Below are positions 39,870 through 52,087 of a DNA stretch of 53,817 nucleotides, one piece after another. The notes below the pieces were generated by a model, which saw nothing but the letters and a program-made list of their open reading frames with translations, searched no databases and had not been told where the DNA came from. Both the position numbers and the translations under genes were made by a program. Origin of the DNA: Rotaria socialis (lineage: Eukaryota); assembly GCA_905331295.1 (NCBI GenBank), contig CAJNYD010000271.1:1-53817 (forward strand), given 5' to 3'. Every line of letters begins with the position of its first letter. Positions within the stretch are counted from its first letter, which is position 1.

Positions 39870-42730
39870 ACATCTACTAAGAAATATCTGAAGAGAGTCC
39901 TCATAAGATTTATTTATATTATAGGTGATCATCAAGGATATGATTATATCGAAATGTTTTGGTTTGCGTGAGCAGCACAGTTGGAAACAATTCTCGTCAG
40001 AACTATTTATGTTTCACGTGATCATCATCATTCGATTTATGCCAAAACATTTCTGTTCATGTGGCATTAATATTCTAAATAAACTATGATGATAATCATT
40101 CATTTTCTAGGTGATCATTAAACATAGAATCAACATGTCATATTTTGCTGCATATGAGAAAAGTACTTGAAAAGAATTCTTATTCGACGATTTCTTTTTC
40201 AGTTGATCTTAAAAATAGAGTCATATTAAACTATTTTACTTCACTCCGAATCAAATATTTGAAATAAACTATCTTAATGATTATTTATTTTTAATGTGCT
40301 CACCAACGGAAGAAGCTTAGCTAAACTTTTGTTTTATGTGTGGTAAAAATATTTGGAATAGCCCTGATGAGACTAATTTCTTTTTTAGGTGTCGAAAAAT
40401 GATGAAATCATATCGAAATGTTTTATTTCAGAGAAAGCAAATATTTGAAATGAACGTTGCTCAGGATTATCTTTTTACTAGGTCATCGTTAATGACGTCA
40501 TCATTTTGAAAATTTTCGTTTGACGTGAGAGAAATACTTGAAACAATGCTGATAAAAACTATTTTGATTTCACGTGCTTAGGAACGATCCTAAAATGTAG
40601 AGATGCTTTGTTTCAGATGAAAATAATATTTTAACCACACCCTGATGGAATTATTTCGTTTTTAAGTAATCATCAAGGATGAGATCATTTGACAATGTTT
40701 CGTTTTATGTGAGAAAAGTTTTCGAAACATATTCTGATGAAAATAATTCATTTTTTAAGCAATCATTAAGAGTAGAATCATATGTAAACAGGTTGACTTC
40801 GCAGAGAAAAACGTATTTGAAGGATAATATCATTAAAATTGTTCATTTTTCAGGTGATCAACAGAGACGTAATCGTGTGGAAAATTTTTGTTTCAGGTGA
40901 GATGAATACTTAAAGTAAAATCTGTTCAGCATAGTTTCGTTTTCACGTCAGCATGAGGAATGTGATCATGTTGAAAGTTCGATTTCATTTTACAGAAAAT
41001 ATTTGAAACGAACACTCTTTAGAATATTTCAGATTCCGGGTGGTTATTCACCATGAAACTTTATAGAGTAGATTGATTTCATTTGAGAACAATATATGAA
41101 ATTACCTCTAGTAAGAATTTTACATTTGCTAGGCGATCCTTCACAATGGCATTATAACAATATATTTTGTGTTAGATGACAATACTCGTTGAACTAGATT
41201 ATGGTCATATTTATTTAGTTTTCAGGTGATTATCATAGATGAATTTGAATCCGATTTTATTATTGTTAATGAGAAAAATACTTGAAATAAACTCTGATGA
41301 ATACCATTCTTTTTTCGCTTGATTGTCAAAGATCGAATCATATCGAAATATCTTGTTTCGCGTCAGAAAAATATAGGAAATAGACAGTTTTCAGAAAAAT
41401 CCATTTTTCAGCTTCTATTCAGGAATGAAATCGTACTCACGTGCTTTGTTTTAGTGAACGAGAATATTTGGAACAATCTATGATGAGACAATTTTCTTTT
41501 TAAGTAACAATCAATAAGAATATCATATCGAAGTATTTCGTGTTGTATTAGAAAGATATTTGAAATACACTCGGTTGCAAATTATTTCCTTTCTAAGCGA
41601 TCATCAATATTTCAATTATATGTATAAGTTTTTCATTTATGCGAAATAAAATATTTGAAGTATACAGTGATGAAACTATTTTCTTCTTAGCTAATGAACA
41701 AGGATAGAATCACATTGAAATGGTCTATATTCATACGAGAAAGATATTTGAAATACACTCTGTTTGCCATTATTCCTTTTCTAAGTGACCATGAACGATA
41801 GACTCATATTGATAGATTTCTATGCGTGTAATAAAAAGATACATGAACTAGCCTGTGATAATGAGTGTTGATATTTTCGATAATCACGAAGAGTGAAATT
41901 TTCCACAGATACTTTGATTGTATGCAACAGACATATGTGAAAGAGGCTTTGATGAGAATCCGTCCGTTTTCAGGTGATCCTCAACTATGTAATTGTTTCG
42001 AAATATTCCGTTTTCTATGAGAAAAATATTTGCCGGTAATTCTGCTTAGTATTATCTAATTGTTACGTAAACTGCGAAGATCAAATCATATCGAAGCGCT
42101 TTAGCTGATGCAAGGAAAATATTCGGTATAAACAATGTTTAGAATTATTTGCATTTTACGTAATCATGAAAAATACAATCATATTAATATTACAGTATTT
42201 TATTTACGCAGAATATTTTATATAAATCCTACTCAAAATCATTCATGTTTTAGAGAGTTATTACAAATGAAATAAAATACATGTTTTGTTGCGTATAGCA
42301 CGATTTTTAGAAATAAGCTCTATTCAGACTTCTACGTTTATTAGATCGTCATCGAATATGTCATTCTATCGAAAGCGATTGTTTCGTCCGAGAGAAAATA
42401 TTTGAAATGAATTCTACTGAGAATAATTTATTTTTTCGATGATCAAAAAGTACAGAATCTTGTAGAAGTATTGTGTAACTCATAAGAGAAGTATCTGAAA
42501 GACAGTTTAATGCGAGAATCATTTTTCTTTTTAGTGATCCTTACGTGTGAGTTTTTTGTAATATGTTTTATTCTAAGTCAATTATATATGCGAAATAAGC
42601 TCTGATGAAAACTGTTCATTTTTCACTTGTTGCATTAAATAAAGTCAATATGAATAGTTGTTGGTTGCGACAATCTGTAGTTTCTAAACAAACGCATCGC
42701 TAATCATTTCGATTTTTATGTGTTAGTGAT
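39870..42730 (+). repeat. Degenerate tandem array of about 30 units with a ~93-bp period
   Basis: By-eye consensus TTTTTAG GTGATCATCAAGGATAGAATCATATCGAAATGTTTTGTTTTAC GTGAGAAAAATATTTGAAATAAACTCTGATGAGAATTATTTTC. Unit starts near 39925, 40018, 40111, 40203, 40296, 40389, 40482, 40574, 40666, 40760, 40854 ... 41226 ... 41974 ... 42534. Confidence 0.85.
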
Positions 42731-44480
42731 CTCATGGATAAATGTCGCATAACGATGTTGATGACGTGCGGTACATGATTTGCTTAGTGATAGGTTAAGT
42801 TGATAACTATGCTCTCAACTCTTGCGAACTCTGGCGACTCTCTATCATAGCGATCGGAAAATAGACGAATTTGACAAGGGTCGTGTCGTCTTGTTTTGAC
42901 ATGATTTGCTTGTCTTAGATGCACGCCTTGTCTTGTAGATGCACGAGAAAAATTGTAGGATATGTACATACTCTATGTTTTTCAGTGGATATGTGTTTTG
43001 CATTGGTATTTAGTCACAGATTCAATTAACGATGTAGCGACGAGTTGTTGAATAGAAAGTTGGCGAGGTTTGGGCCTGATTGGGCAAGGACTATGAAAAT
43101 TCTTACAAGTTGTCTTTTTAAATAGTGAATTTTTTCTTCATGACTATCTGCTTATTGATATTTTCTTCGAGAATTGTAGCTGTTTTTAATTGAGAGATAA
43201 TCAAGAAAAGATGTTTAGGTGATGCAAATTTTTCGACCAGAAAAACTTTTTAGTGTCATATGTTTAAGTCAAGAAGAAAAGAATTCTTTGAATAGGAAGA
43301 GTTAAAACATGGGTGCCGATGATGAATTCTCTTCACTCATAACCAATTTATCATATCGTAGTCTATGGATAACGTTAAGATTATATGTACGTTTGTATTA
43401 ATCATATGAACATATGAAGTGATAAAAACTGATTTATTCTGTCAATCCGCTGAGTATATCAATAAAAATATGTTTGGAAACGACAGAAGAAGAAATTTGC
43501 AACTAAGACCTAAGACATGATGCTGTAAGAGCACTAGAGTTATGCCAGTTTCCACTGTACGGAGCCAGTTCTGTACCCGAGAAATGGATTCGGTGATAAA
43601 ATTTCATTAAAAAGAAATCTTCTATCGATAAAGGAAATATAACTATTCTCTTCGACCCTCATTTCAGTTGTTACAAAACATTTGACTTTTAATAAAAACT
43701 GATAATCGGTTTCAATCCTTTAGAAAGAACATGGTGATAACTAATACCAGTTTAGATCACTGAGTATGAATTATCACATATGTATCGAGAGAATGTTTCT
43801 AATTTGAATCGAACTTCTAGACTTATTAAAATAACCATTTCAGAAAGATAGAAAATCTCACGAGCATTTTCTCTACTTTTTATATTAAATATTTGATTCT
43901 TTGTATGACATAGAATTTGACGTCTGGAATCGATCCTGAATGGTACACGTCATAAGTATAATCATGAGCCTCTAATGAAACATAAATTTACAGGGCATTC
44001 TACAAAGATTAAAACTTTTTCTGGTCTTTTTTCGTTGTTGACTACAACGATGAAACTATTGTAGTTATTTGAAGCAAGTAAAAACGTACTGTTAAAATGT
44101 AAGATTTTATTCTAGAATGAAAATTTATTTGATTATGTCATTCACGAGTATTTTTTAATCATAAAAAACTCTTCTTTACGTATAGGCTCATTCGATGCCT
44201 GATAAAACGAAGAATAAAAAAAGGATTAGATAAACTTCTTCTTTTTTCTATAACGAAAATCACTTAACCAAGCACATTCTCGATTATGAAACAAGCATTA
44301 TGAGCATTTTTTCTGTTCCCTTCATTTTTAATAATCACGTAGATTGATACTCGATCCCCTTTATAGTGCCGATGGAAGAAGTAATTCGAGCTACGATAAT
44401 TTCGTTGATAAACAAAAAAGAAAGGACCTGAAATAAAAACCATCGTCATTCAAATCAGTTCATTTCTTTCAGTGACAGAT

Positions 44481-45449
44481 ATGAATAATCATCGTTTATA
44501 CATTAGCGTTTGTCTTATTTTTATTCTTATAAATTTGATATTAGCTTTGGAATGTGATAAAAATTCTAATGAAGACGTACCATTTAGTACGAAAGTTCAA
44601 GAATCACCTATTATTGTTTTTGGCACTTCATTAAAGAAACACAATGATGTTAATATTCGAAATTTATTCAATGTTACACTTCTTGTCTCATGCATTTTAA
44701 AAGGTCAACCTACCCAACGCATTATTCATATTGTTCAAGCAGGTTTGTAGGAAACAAAATTCATTTTGTGTTAGTCTCTTAAAACTAATTAAATTTAGGT
44801 TCACTTCTTGGTCGCCGTTCTTGTCAACGATTAAATATTAATCAACGGTATATTGTTTTTCTTGAACCATTTTTCGATGGAACTTATCGTCCAACAGATT
44901 TTGAAGAAGTTCCTTATAATAATAAAATCAATGGTTTACTGGAAAAAACATGTGGCCTATCACGAACATATCCATTTACAGAAATAAATCATCGTGAAGC
45001 AGCGTTAACTAATAAATGTCCACCAACTGTTTCTGTATATTGTCCATCAGGTAGGTTTTAACGAAATATTTTTTTATATAATTTGCATTATTTTTATAGA
45101 AATACCAAGTACAACTGTTACATTATTAACAACGATAGCAACGACAACAATAACATCTACTGAATCAATTTTAACAACAACAACAACAACAACAACAACT
45201 ACTACTACTACTACTACTACCACTACTACTACGTTACGAAAAGACCCACTTGATCTTGCTATACTATCACTTCTTTTAGATGACCATCAACAAAATAATC
45301 TTAGTCTCAGTTTTTTTCAAGGTCAAAATCATAGATCACTTTTTTCTGATGATGAAGCACGTCAAAATGGAACGAATGGATTATCATATATTCTTATTAT
45401 TAATTTGATTCAATTGATTTTTTTAAATATCCTACATGTTATATTGTAG
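44481..45449 (+). CDS. Secreted/cell-surface protein: signal peptide, NtA(agrin)/TIMP-like domain, poly-Thr stalk, hydrophobic C-terminus (exons 44481-44742, 44799-45050, 45100-45449)
   Basis: MNNHRLYISVCLIFILINLILA-LEC...SPIIVFG...FNVTLLVSCILKG...AG|S..C......YIVFLEP...TCGL...CP; ACA/ACT run encoding poly-Thr at ~45174-45233; ends LSYILIINLIQLIFLNILHVIL*. The domain name comes from pattern recognition, not a search. Confidence 0.8.
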
Positions 45450-45939
45450 AATGAAAACTATTCAATTGTATTTGACTGATAGCAACGTTATAGTTTTATT
45501 CCGTTTTGTATAGACAAAATTTAGAAATTTTATCTCATAAGTAAAACTAAATATATTACGAATTTATAGATATCAAGATTTAAACGTTATACATATTAAC
45601 TGACAAGTAAATTAGTTTACAATAGAAATGTTAGAAACTGATAGAGACATGTCTACTCTTTTTATACACATTTATTTTCAACAACAATTTAGATTTTAGA
45701 TTGCGAACGTAATTTTTTCCATAAATCGGTTTTTAAAACATGATTTTATTGTGATTTTCACCACCAGACAAAAAGTATCTTTTTGTTTGTCACGTCTTCG
45801 ACTTTTCATGCAGAACGAACTTCTATTGTCTTAAAATATACAATTATCTAATTGAACTTTGTTGAATGTTTTATTATCAGTCGTATGTCAATTTGTAAAA
45901 AATAATACATTTTTTCTACAAAAATATGTTTTTCCTAAT

Positions 45940-46122
45940 CAGGGACGGCGCGAAGCAACAAAAATATAGGGGGGTTACTTGAAAACGGGAGGTTTTTTTT
46001 CAAAAATCGGAGTAAAATTGAAACAAAAATTTCCAAACTTGGGGGGGACACTCCGATTTTTGAAAAAAACCTCCCGTTTTCAAGTAACCCCCCTATATTT
46101 TTGTTGCTTCGCGCCGTCGCTG
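45940..46122. mobile_element. hAT-type MITE (183 bp) with ~73-bp TIRs and a perfect 8-bp TSD
   Basis: CAGGGACGGCGCGAAGCAACAAAAATATAGGGGGGTTACTTGAAAACGGGAGG...TCGGAGT is mirrored at the right end (...GCGCCGTCGCTG); TTCCTAAT at both 45932-45939 and 46123-46130. Confidence 0.95.
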
Positions 46123-47845
46123 TTCCTAATGAAAAAAATATGTGTACAAAACGATGTTTAAATTTTTAGTAGAAATATTCTATTTGATTGTTCAGATACA
46201 TCGTTTTAGATTTGAAAGACGTTTATTTTATTTAAACTACCATAAACAAGACACTGTTTAAATCTCTTTTTGACAAAACTTTTCTTTTCTCGTATCTTGA
46301 ATGGTATTCACAACCTTGATCGGTTGAATTTGCTTATATGCATGGAATGTATTCATACTGAAATTTTTTTGATAGGAACTGAAATCTTTCGCAAATCTAT
46401 TAAGTAGATGCTTGGGTCGACATTCTAAGTGGTTCGCTTAAATAGATTGGTTCTTAAGATAAGATAAATATACAACTTTAGAATTTCGAAAAGGTAGGAA
46501 TCATTTTTTTATGAAATTGAACCAACTTGAGTGAGGAAAACAAATTTATTTCGAATCAAAAAAACCTCTTAAGCAAGTAGCTACGAAGATTTATAGACAA
46601 CATACTGCTACTTTAAGTAAAACTCTGTAACATTTCTTGTTTATATCATGATGAGTCATTCAGTATGATAATTTTCGACACGAAAAAAATAGTAAATGTC
46701 AGCCAGTTTTTATTTGAATTGATTCATTCTGCAAATAGCACATTGTAACTGAGACACATCTTGCTTAGCCAAGATAAGAATTTTACGACAAAAGACAGCC
46801 AACCGTTTCTCGTGATCAAATCTATAGCGACTACAGTTCGATCATATTGTTACATCCAGTACCGTGATGGTACATAAACTGTTTCTATATTGTATTTTTA
46901 TCACAAAAAATAGCATGCGAATCATGTATCTTCAATCTGCATACTGTTTTCGTTCTCTCCAAACACAATATACAGCAAGCATAAAGCGGCGAGACACATG
47001 AGTTTTCGTTTTCATTGTTTAGCGTTTCTTTTATTTCTTTACATCGCAATGTGTTCTCTGACTTTAACAATCAAATTGACTTATGATAAAAAGTATTCTT
47101 TTATTAGTCTCTTTTCTTTTTTTTATGACTAATATGTTTAATTGTAAAATTTACAATAAAGTCGAACAGAAAAACAAAACAGGTATGTATATTCGAATAA
47201 TTTAACTAATTATGATACACTATATGATAGAAATGAAAAAACAGGAGGAGACTTATAGCGGAAAATATTTTGGAAGCTTTAAGAAAATATGTGAAACCAT
47301 GAAAAGAAACACCCTTGAAACACAAAATGCTACTCTATGTTCTTTTTTGTGACCGATCAAGATGACATGTGTATCTATGATCTTTGCTAAAATATTTAGG
47401 GACGCTGTGTTGAAGTTTAAGAAATGGCCTAATGACATCAAGGAGACATAAGGTTTATTCCAAAAATTGTCAAAATTGTGTTTTACAGAATAATACTTGA
47501 GATTGTTTTATCGCTGTTAGCGACATCTTTTTTTGTGTGCCATAGGGCGACGTTAGTTTTTGCTTTTAACATGTTCAACACCTAGCAACACAATGGACTT
47601 ATGTCTAGTGTAAAAAGAACAAGCAAAACATTTATATGGTGACGTATGATAATTTGTTTTTTTTCTTCCTTCCTCAGAATAAATATAAAAACTCGTTTTT
47701 TTCCGATTTCCTACCAGCTAGTGTGCTGAATTCTAGTTTTTCTTTTCTCTTTGACTTGATTTAACGCAATCAACAGGTCTAATATTCTGTCTAATATATT
47801 TGTATTTACATCTCTCCAAGAGAAGAAGAAGAAGATCGACGAGTC

Positions 47846-50625
47846 ATGGGTAGTACACCTTGTAAAGGGTCAGCTAATACTAACAAGTAAAAATTGTTAA
47901 TGTTAACAAAAGTATTGCTTTCACTTGTGATTTATTTTTCTTATAGACCAATCACTATTGCTATACTCGGTTTAGACAATGCTGGTAAAATCAATAAGTT
48001 AAAAGAAAACTTGAACTATTTTGTTTTCTATATCTTTAGGGAAAACAACAACAACTCGAGTACTTGAAAAAGGTAATGAAATTCTCTAACACTATATTAG
48101 TAATATTTAGTATTTAATATTTAGCTCCAGTCGATTCCGTTGCACCGACGGTGGGCTATTCTCAAACAGAAATTACGCATAAAAATGAAAAAATTAAATT
48201 AATTGATTTGGGTGGTGCAAACACATTTCGAGAAGCTTGGCGTCACTATTACGATGATGCATATGGATTCGTCTATGTTCTTGATTCAAGTGAAGAAAAT
48301 CGTTTAGGTGAAAATCGTGATGTATTAAAAAGACTTCTACAAGAAGAAAAAGTCAAAGGAAAACCCATTCTCATGTATTAAATAAAGATGAATAGAAAAG
48401 CCTTCTGAACTAACTATGTCAATTTTTATTTGCTTTAGTTTGGCGAATAAACAAGATAAAGCTGAAGCACTTGATAAGAATACAATTCTTGAAGATTTAA
48501 GAATTGAACGGCTTGTTAACGAAAATCAAACGCTATGTCGAGTGGTAAGTACAAAAAGAAAATGAAAATATTGAATGTATGATTTCTTGTTCGATTTATG
48601 CAGGAATTATGTACAGCTAAATCATTAAGTCGTAATGGAAAAAATTCTAAAATCGATGAATCTATTCGACACGGTTTTGATTGGCTTATTAAAGTTGTTT
48701 ATGAAAATTTTGATTCACTAAATAGACGTGTTGAACAAGATGTTCAAAAGCGTACTGAAACTGAACAAAAAGCGAAACTTGAACGACAGGAACGTGTCAA
48801 AAAATTACGTGAAGAGTACAGTTTCCCAAACTTTATATATATATATATATATAGGACAGTTAAATAAAAGTCAGTGTTTATTTTTTCTTTGTAGACGAGA
48901 CAAAGAAGAAGGTACGCAAGACAATAATGACGAAGATGACGATACAATTAAAAATGGTTTTATTCCCATTGGACATGCTGTCAAAAATGCTGAAGTAAGA
49001 TCTACGGCTGCTCCTACTGCTGTTGATGGCGAAAAATAGAAAAGGAAACTTGCACACTATCTGCTGTCTGTGATATATATACATATGTTTTTTTGTCTTT
49101 ATGTCAAATGATAATAAACAAAGAACAGTTTGATTTCGATTTTATTATTTGCTAATCTGTTTTTATTTCCAATATTTAGCTTAATATGCTCAATTCATTT
49201 TTGAGATACATCGATCTATTTTAAAGCATGACTTGTCACGGAAATGAATTATTCATATTTCATTAAAATGATTAAAATAATAATATTGCTTTTGAACTTT
49301 CTTTTTTTTCATTTTAGCGTAATGCACCAGAAAAATCAACAAAAGATAAATCGAATCGATTATCAAACGATGAGAGAATAAGATCGAAAATAGTAAATGA
49401 AAATGCATCTCTTCCACCAATACCAGCGCCCCGATCTTCATCTCATTCTCGTACATTTGCTTGTGATGACAATAGTGATGGAGAAAACCGTCCAAGACGA
49501 TATAGTATAGAAAATTCACCAAGAAGAAAAGAATCACCGGTAGCTCGATCTACCACATCAAACGTCGATGAAAATCAACAGATCGACTCAACAGATGAAC
49601 AAACAACGATTCGATCAATAACTCGAAAAAAGAAAAAAGTAATTGGACCAGGTCGAAGTCGTTTAAATGGTGATAACCTGCCTCCATTAGCTCCTTCGTC
49701 TGCATCATCTCGTCGCGATGACTTTCCACAAAGCAAGGGTCCACCTCTTGGCACACCACGCCCACAAGCTCTTGTAGCACAATGGGCTATAACAAGTCCA
49801 AGTCCACATTCTAAAGCTGAAAAGTTAACAACAATTACTAGCGACGGAGAACGCGATGACGAAGAAAAATATGATTCATTAGAATCATCGAAACGAACTG
49901 GATCTCCTCATCGAAAAATAACAAATAGAATTACACATGATAGAGCAAATCAATTACCAAGAACTAATAATGCCAATGATGACACTAAAGAAAACTTAAC
50001 GCATGCTGATTATCGAACATCATCGCGTGATAAACGAAATACGCATTTAGATAAAGATGGTGACGATGATAACGATGGTGGAAGTGTATCACGAAGATCA
50101 ACATCTAAATCAAATTCACGTTCAAAATTAAATGATGAAGATAATGAATTTGGTGAAATTCAAAAAAAAACTAATCTCAAAGAACAAGATCGTTACTCGA
50201 AACGTGTCGAAAAAAATGATGATGATGGTAACATTGATACTAATCAAAATTTAATGGATGACGATTATAAAAACTCATCTCGACATACGCATTTAAATAA
50301 TAATGATGATGATGATGGTGGTGGTGAAAGTTCATCACGAAGATCGTCAGCAAGACAGAAATCACGTTCAAAATTTAATGATGAAAATGAACAAGATGAT
50401 TTAGTTAAAAATCGGAAAAAATCTAACCCAAAAGAACAAGATCTTTTTTCAAAACAACGAATCCATAAACATGATAATAATAATGATAATGATGAGGACG
50501 ATGATTTTAATCCGCGTTCAAATAGACGAACACCATCATTATCAGCACGTAAAACGGCCGCTGGTGATTCTTCATATCGATCTCATTCAAGAACTGATAG
50601 AAATGTTGATGAAGATTTGCAATGA
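47846..50625 (+). CDS. ARL13B: ADP-ribosylation factor-like GTPase 13B (ciliary), multi-exon, with a long low-complexity tail
   Basis: MGSTPCKG...ILGLDNAGKTT...APTVG...LIDLGGA (Gly at the catalytic Gln position)...WRHYY...GKPIL.LANKQDK, then coiled coil (ERQERVKKLREE). Last exon 49318-50625 is in frame with ORF 50254..50625. Confidence 0.9.
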
Positions 50626-51220
50626 ACAAATAAAGCGAAATGTTTTTGAAAAAAATGCCTTTATCTCTGTTTCTCTTTTTTTATTATTATGTATGATTCT
50701 ATTGTGCTGCTTGATGCTTGATGTAAAAAACGTCAGAAAAATAATGTTTATTCATCACTATTTGATGAAAAGAACCAACTTGTGAATATATTCAATTACT
50801 TATGAAAACATGTATCGCCTTTTGAAAGTGCACTCGATGTATTTTGTAGGACATAAAATTAGTTTCACCGAAACATTATTTTAGAAGACTTCTAAGTGCA
50901 TAAGTTTCAAGTAAAGCAAAACAGAATTATCATAATAGTTCTTGCTGTTCATTTAACAGACGTAAAGCAACATTAGAATTCTTCTTCAATGCTATAAATG
51001 ATCAAAGTCATGTAGATCGATGTCTCTGACGAACAGAATGGAAAGAGAAAAATGTTTTTCCTTCTATGATCATCGTCCATTTTGCTCATCAGATAAACAT
51101 TAATATCATATGATGACTGTGTATTTTTACTTTTCTGTAGCGTACATATAAATATATGCAAGATTTAGTCGATCAGTTCATTCAAATCGACTTGATATCA
51201 AACTAGGATTCTAACTAAGA

Positions 51221-52087
51221 ATGTTAACTATTAGTAAAGTTATTTTTCTGATCATCATATCTGTTTGTCATGGTATACCAACAACTGATCGAGAATGCTC
51301 ACCGGATACAATCGATTTTGATACTAAAGTAGCAAAATCGTCAATTGTTGTCTATGGAAAAGCTATGGCTAAAATTTTGGATGAAGAAAATGATTCTACA
51401 TTTCATGTTTTCTTTCAAGTTTATTGTATTTTAAAAGGACCAGCAACATTACGACAAATTAATATCACAAGTGCTGGTAAATAAAAAGAAAACCTTCTTT
51501 CTATAATGAGAATCTCACAATCAAAATATTTAAAACGCTTTCTAGGTCATGTTGAAGGTAAAGAATATTGTCAAGAATTTCCTGTTGGCCATGGTTATTC
51601 GATAGCTTTTCTTGAACCACTATCAGCAAACATAACTGATAATAAAACATTTATACCAGCTGATTTTGTGGAAATACATACTGACGGTGCTTCAATGAAT
51701 CAATTACTAGCTCGTACATGTAATCTTGTTCAAACAGTACCTATTCGATCATCAGCATCAGTCAGTGAAGTGTGTCCAGCTGTAAGTACTGATCCAGTTT
51801 GCCAAAAAACTACAACTGTCATAACTGCTGTGGCAACTAATTACACTGCGAATACAACAGATAATATTTTATCCAAAGAAACTTCAATTCGAACGAATGA
51901 AACACTATCTACTCCCAATGAAAATGAATTTTTACTTCAGCCAATTCATTTCGCGCAACACGAAATTATTATTATCCGTGGTAAATCCGACTCCACTCAG
52001 ATTGATGTTGATAAAAAAAATGCTGCCAAATCAGTAACATACAGCATTCTGTTGACGATAGTAGCTATTTTCTACTGTTTTTCTTAA
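51221..52087 (+). CDS. Paralog of the 44481 gene: signal peptide, NtA/TIMP-like domain, Thr-rich stalk, hydrophobic C-terminus (exons 51221-51476, 51546-52087)
   Basis: MLTISKVIFLIIISVCHG...EC...SSIVVYG...FHVFFQVYCILKG...AG|H...C......SIAFLEP...PADF.E...TCNL...CPAVS...C; ends NAAKSVTYSILLTIVAIFYCFS*. Confidence 0.82.

Noticed and set aside
40364..40414. Hammerhead-ribozyme-like core in one array unit (CTGATGA-GAC...GTC-GAAA-ATGAT/ATCAT-TC); CTGATGA recurs in several units
   Set aside because: Stem I cannot form with the flanking sequence, and stems II/III are not preserved in other units. An Infernal or RNAMotif hammerhead search would settle it.
39870..42730. CRISPR-like or protein-coding interpretation of the 93-bp (31-codon) array
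   Set aside because: No invariant repeat alternating with unique spacers and no cas genes. No long ORF on either strand; the longest is 73 aa at 40679..40900.
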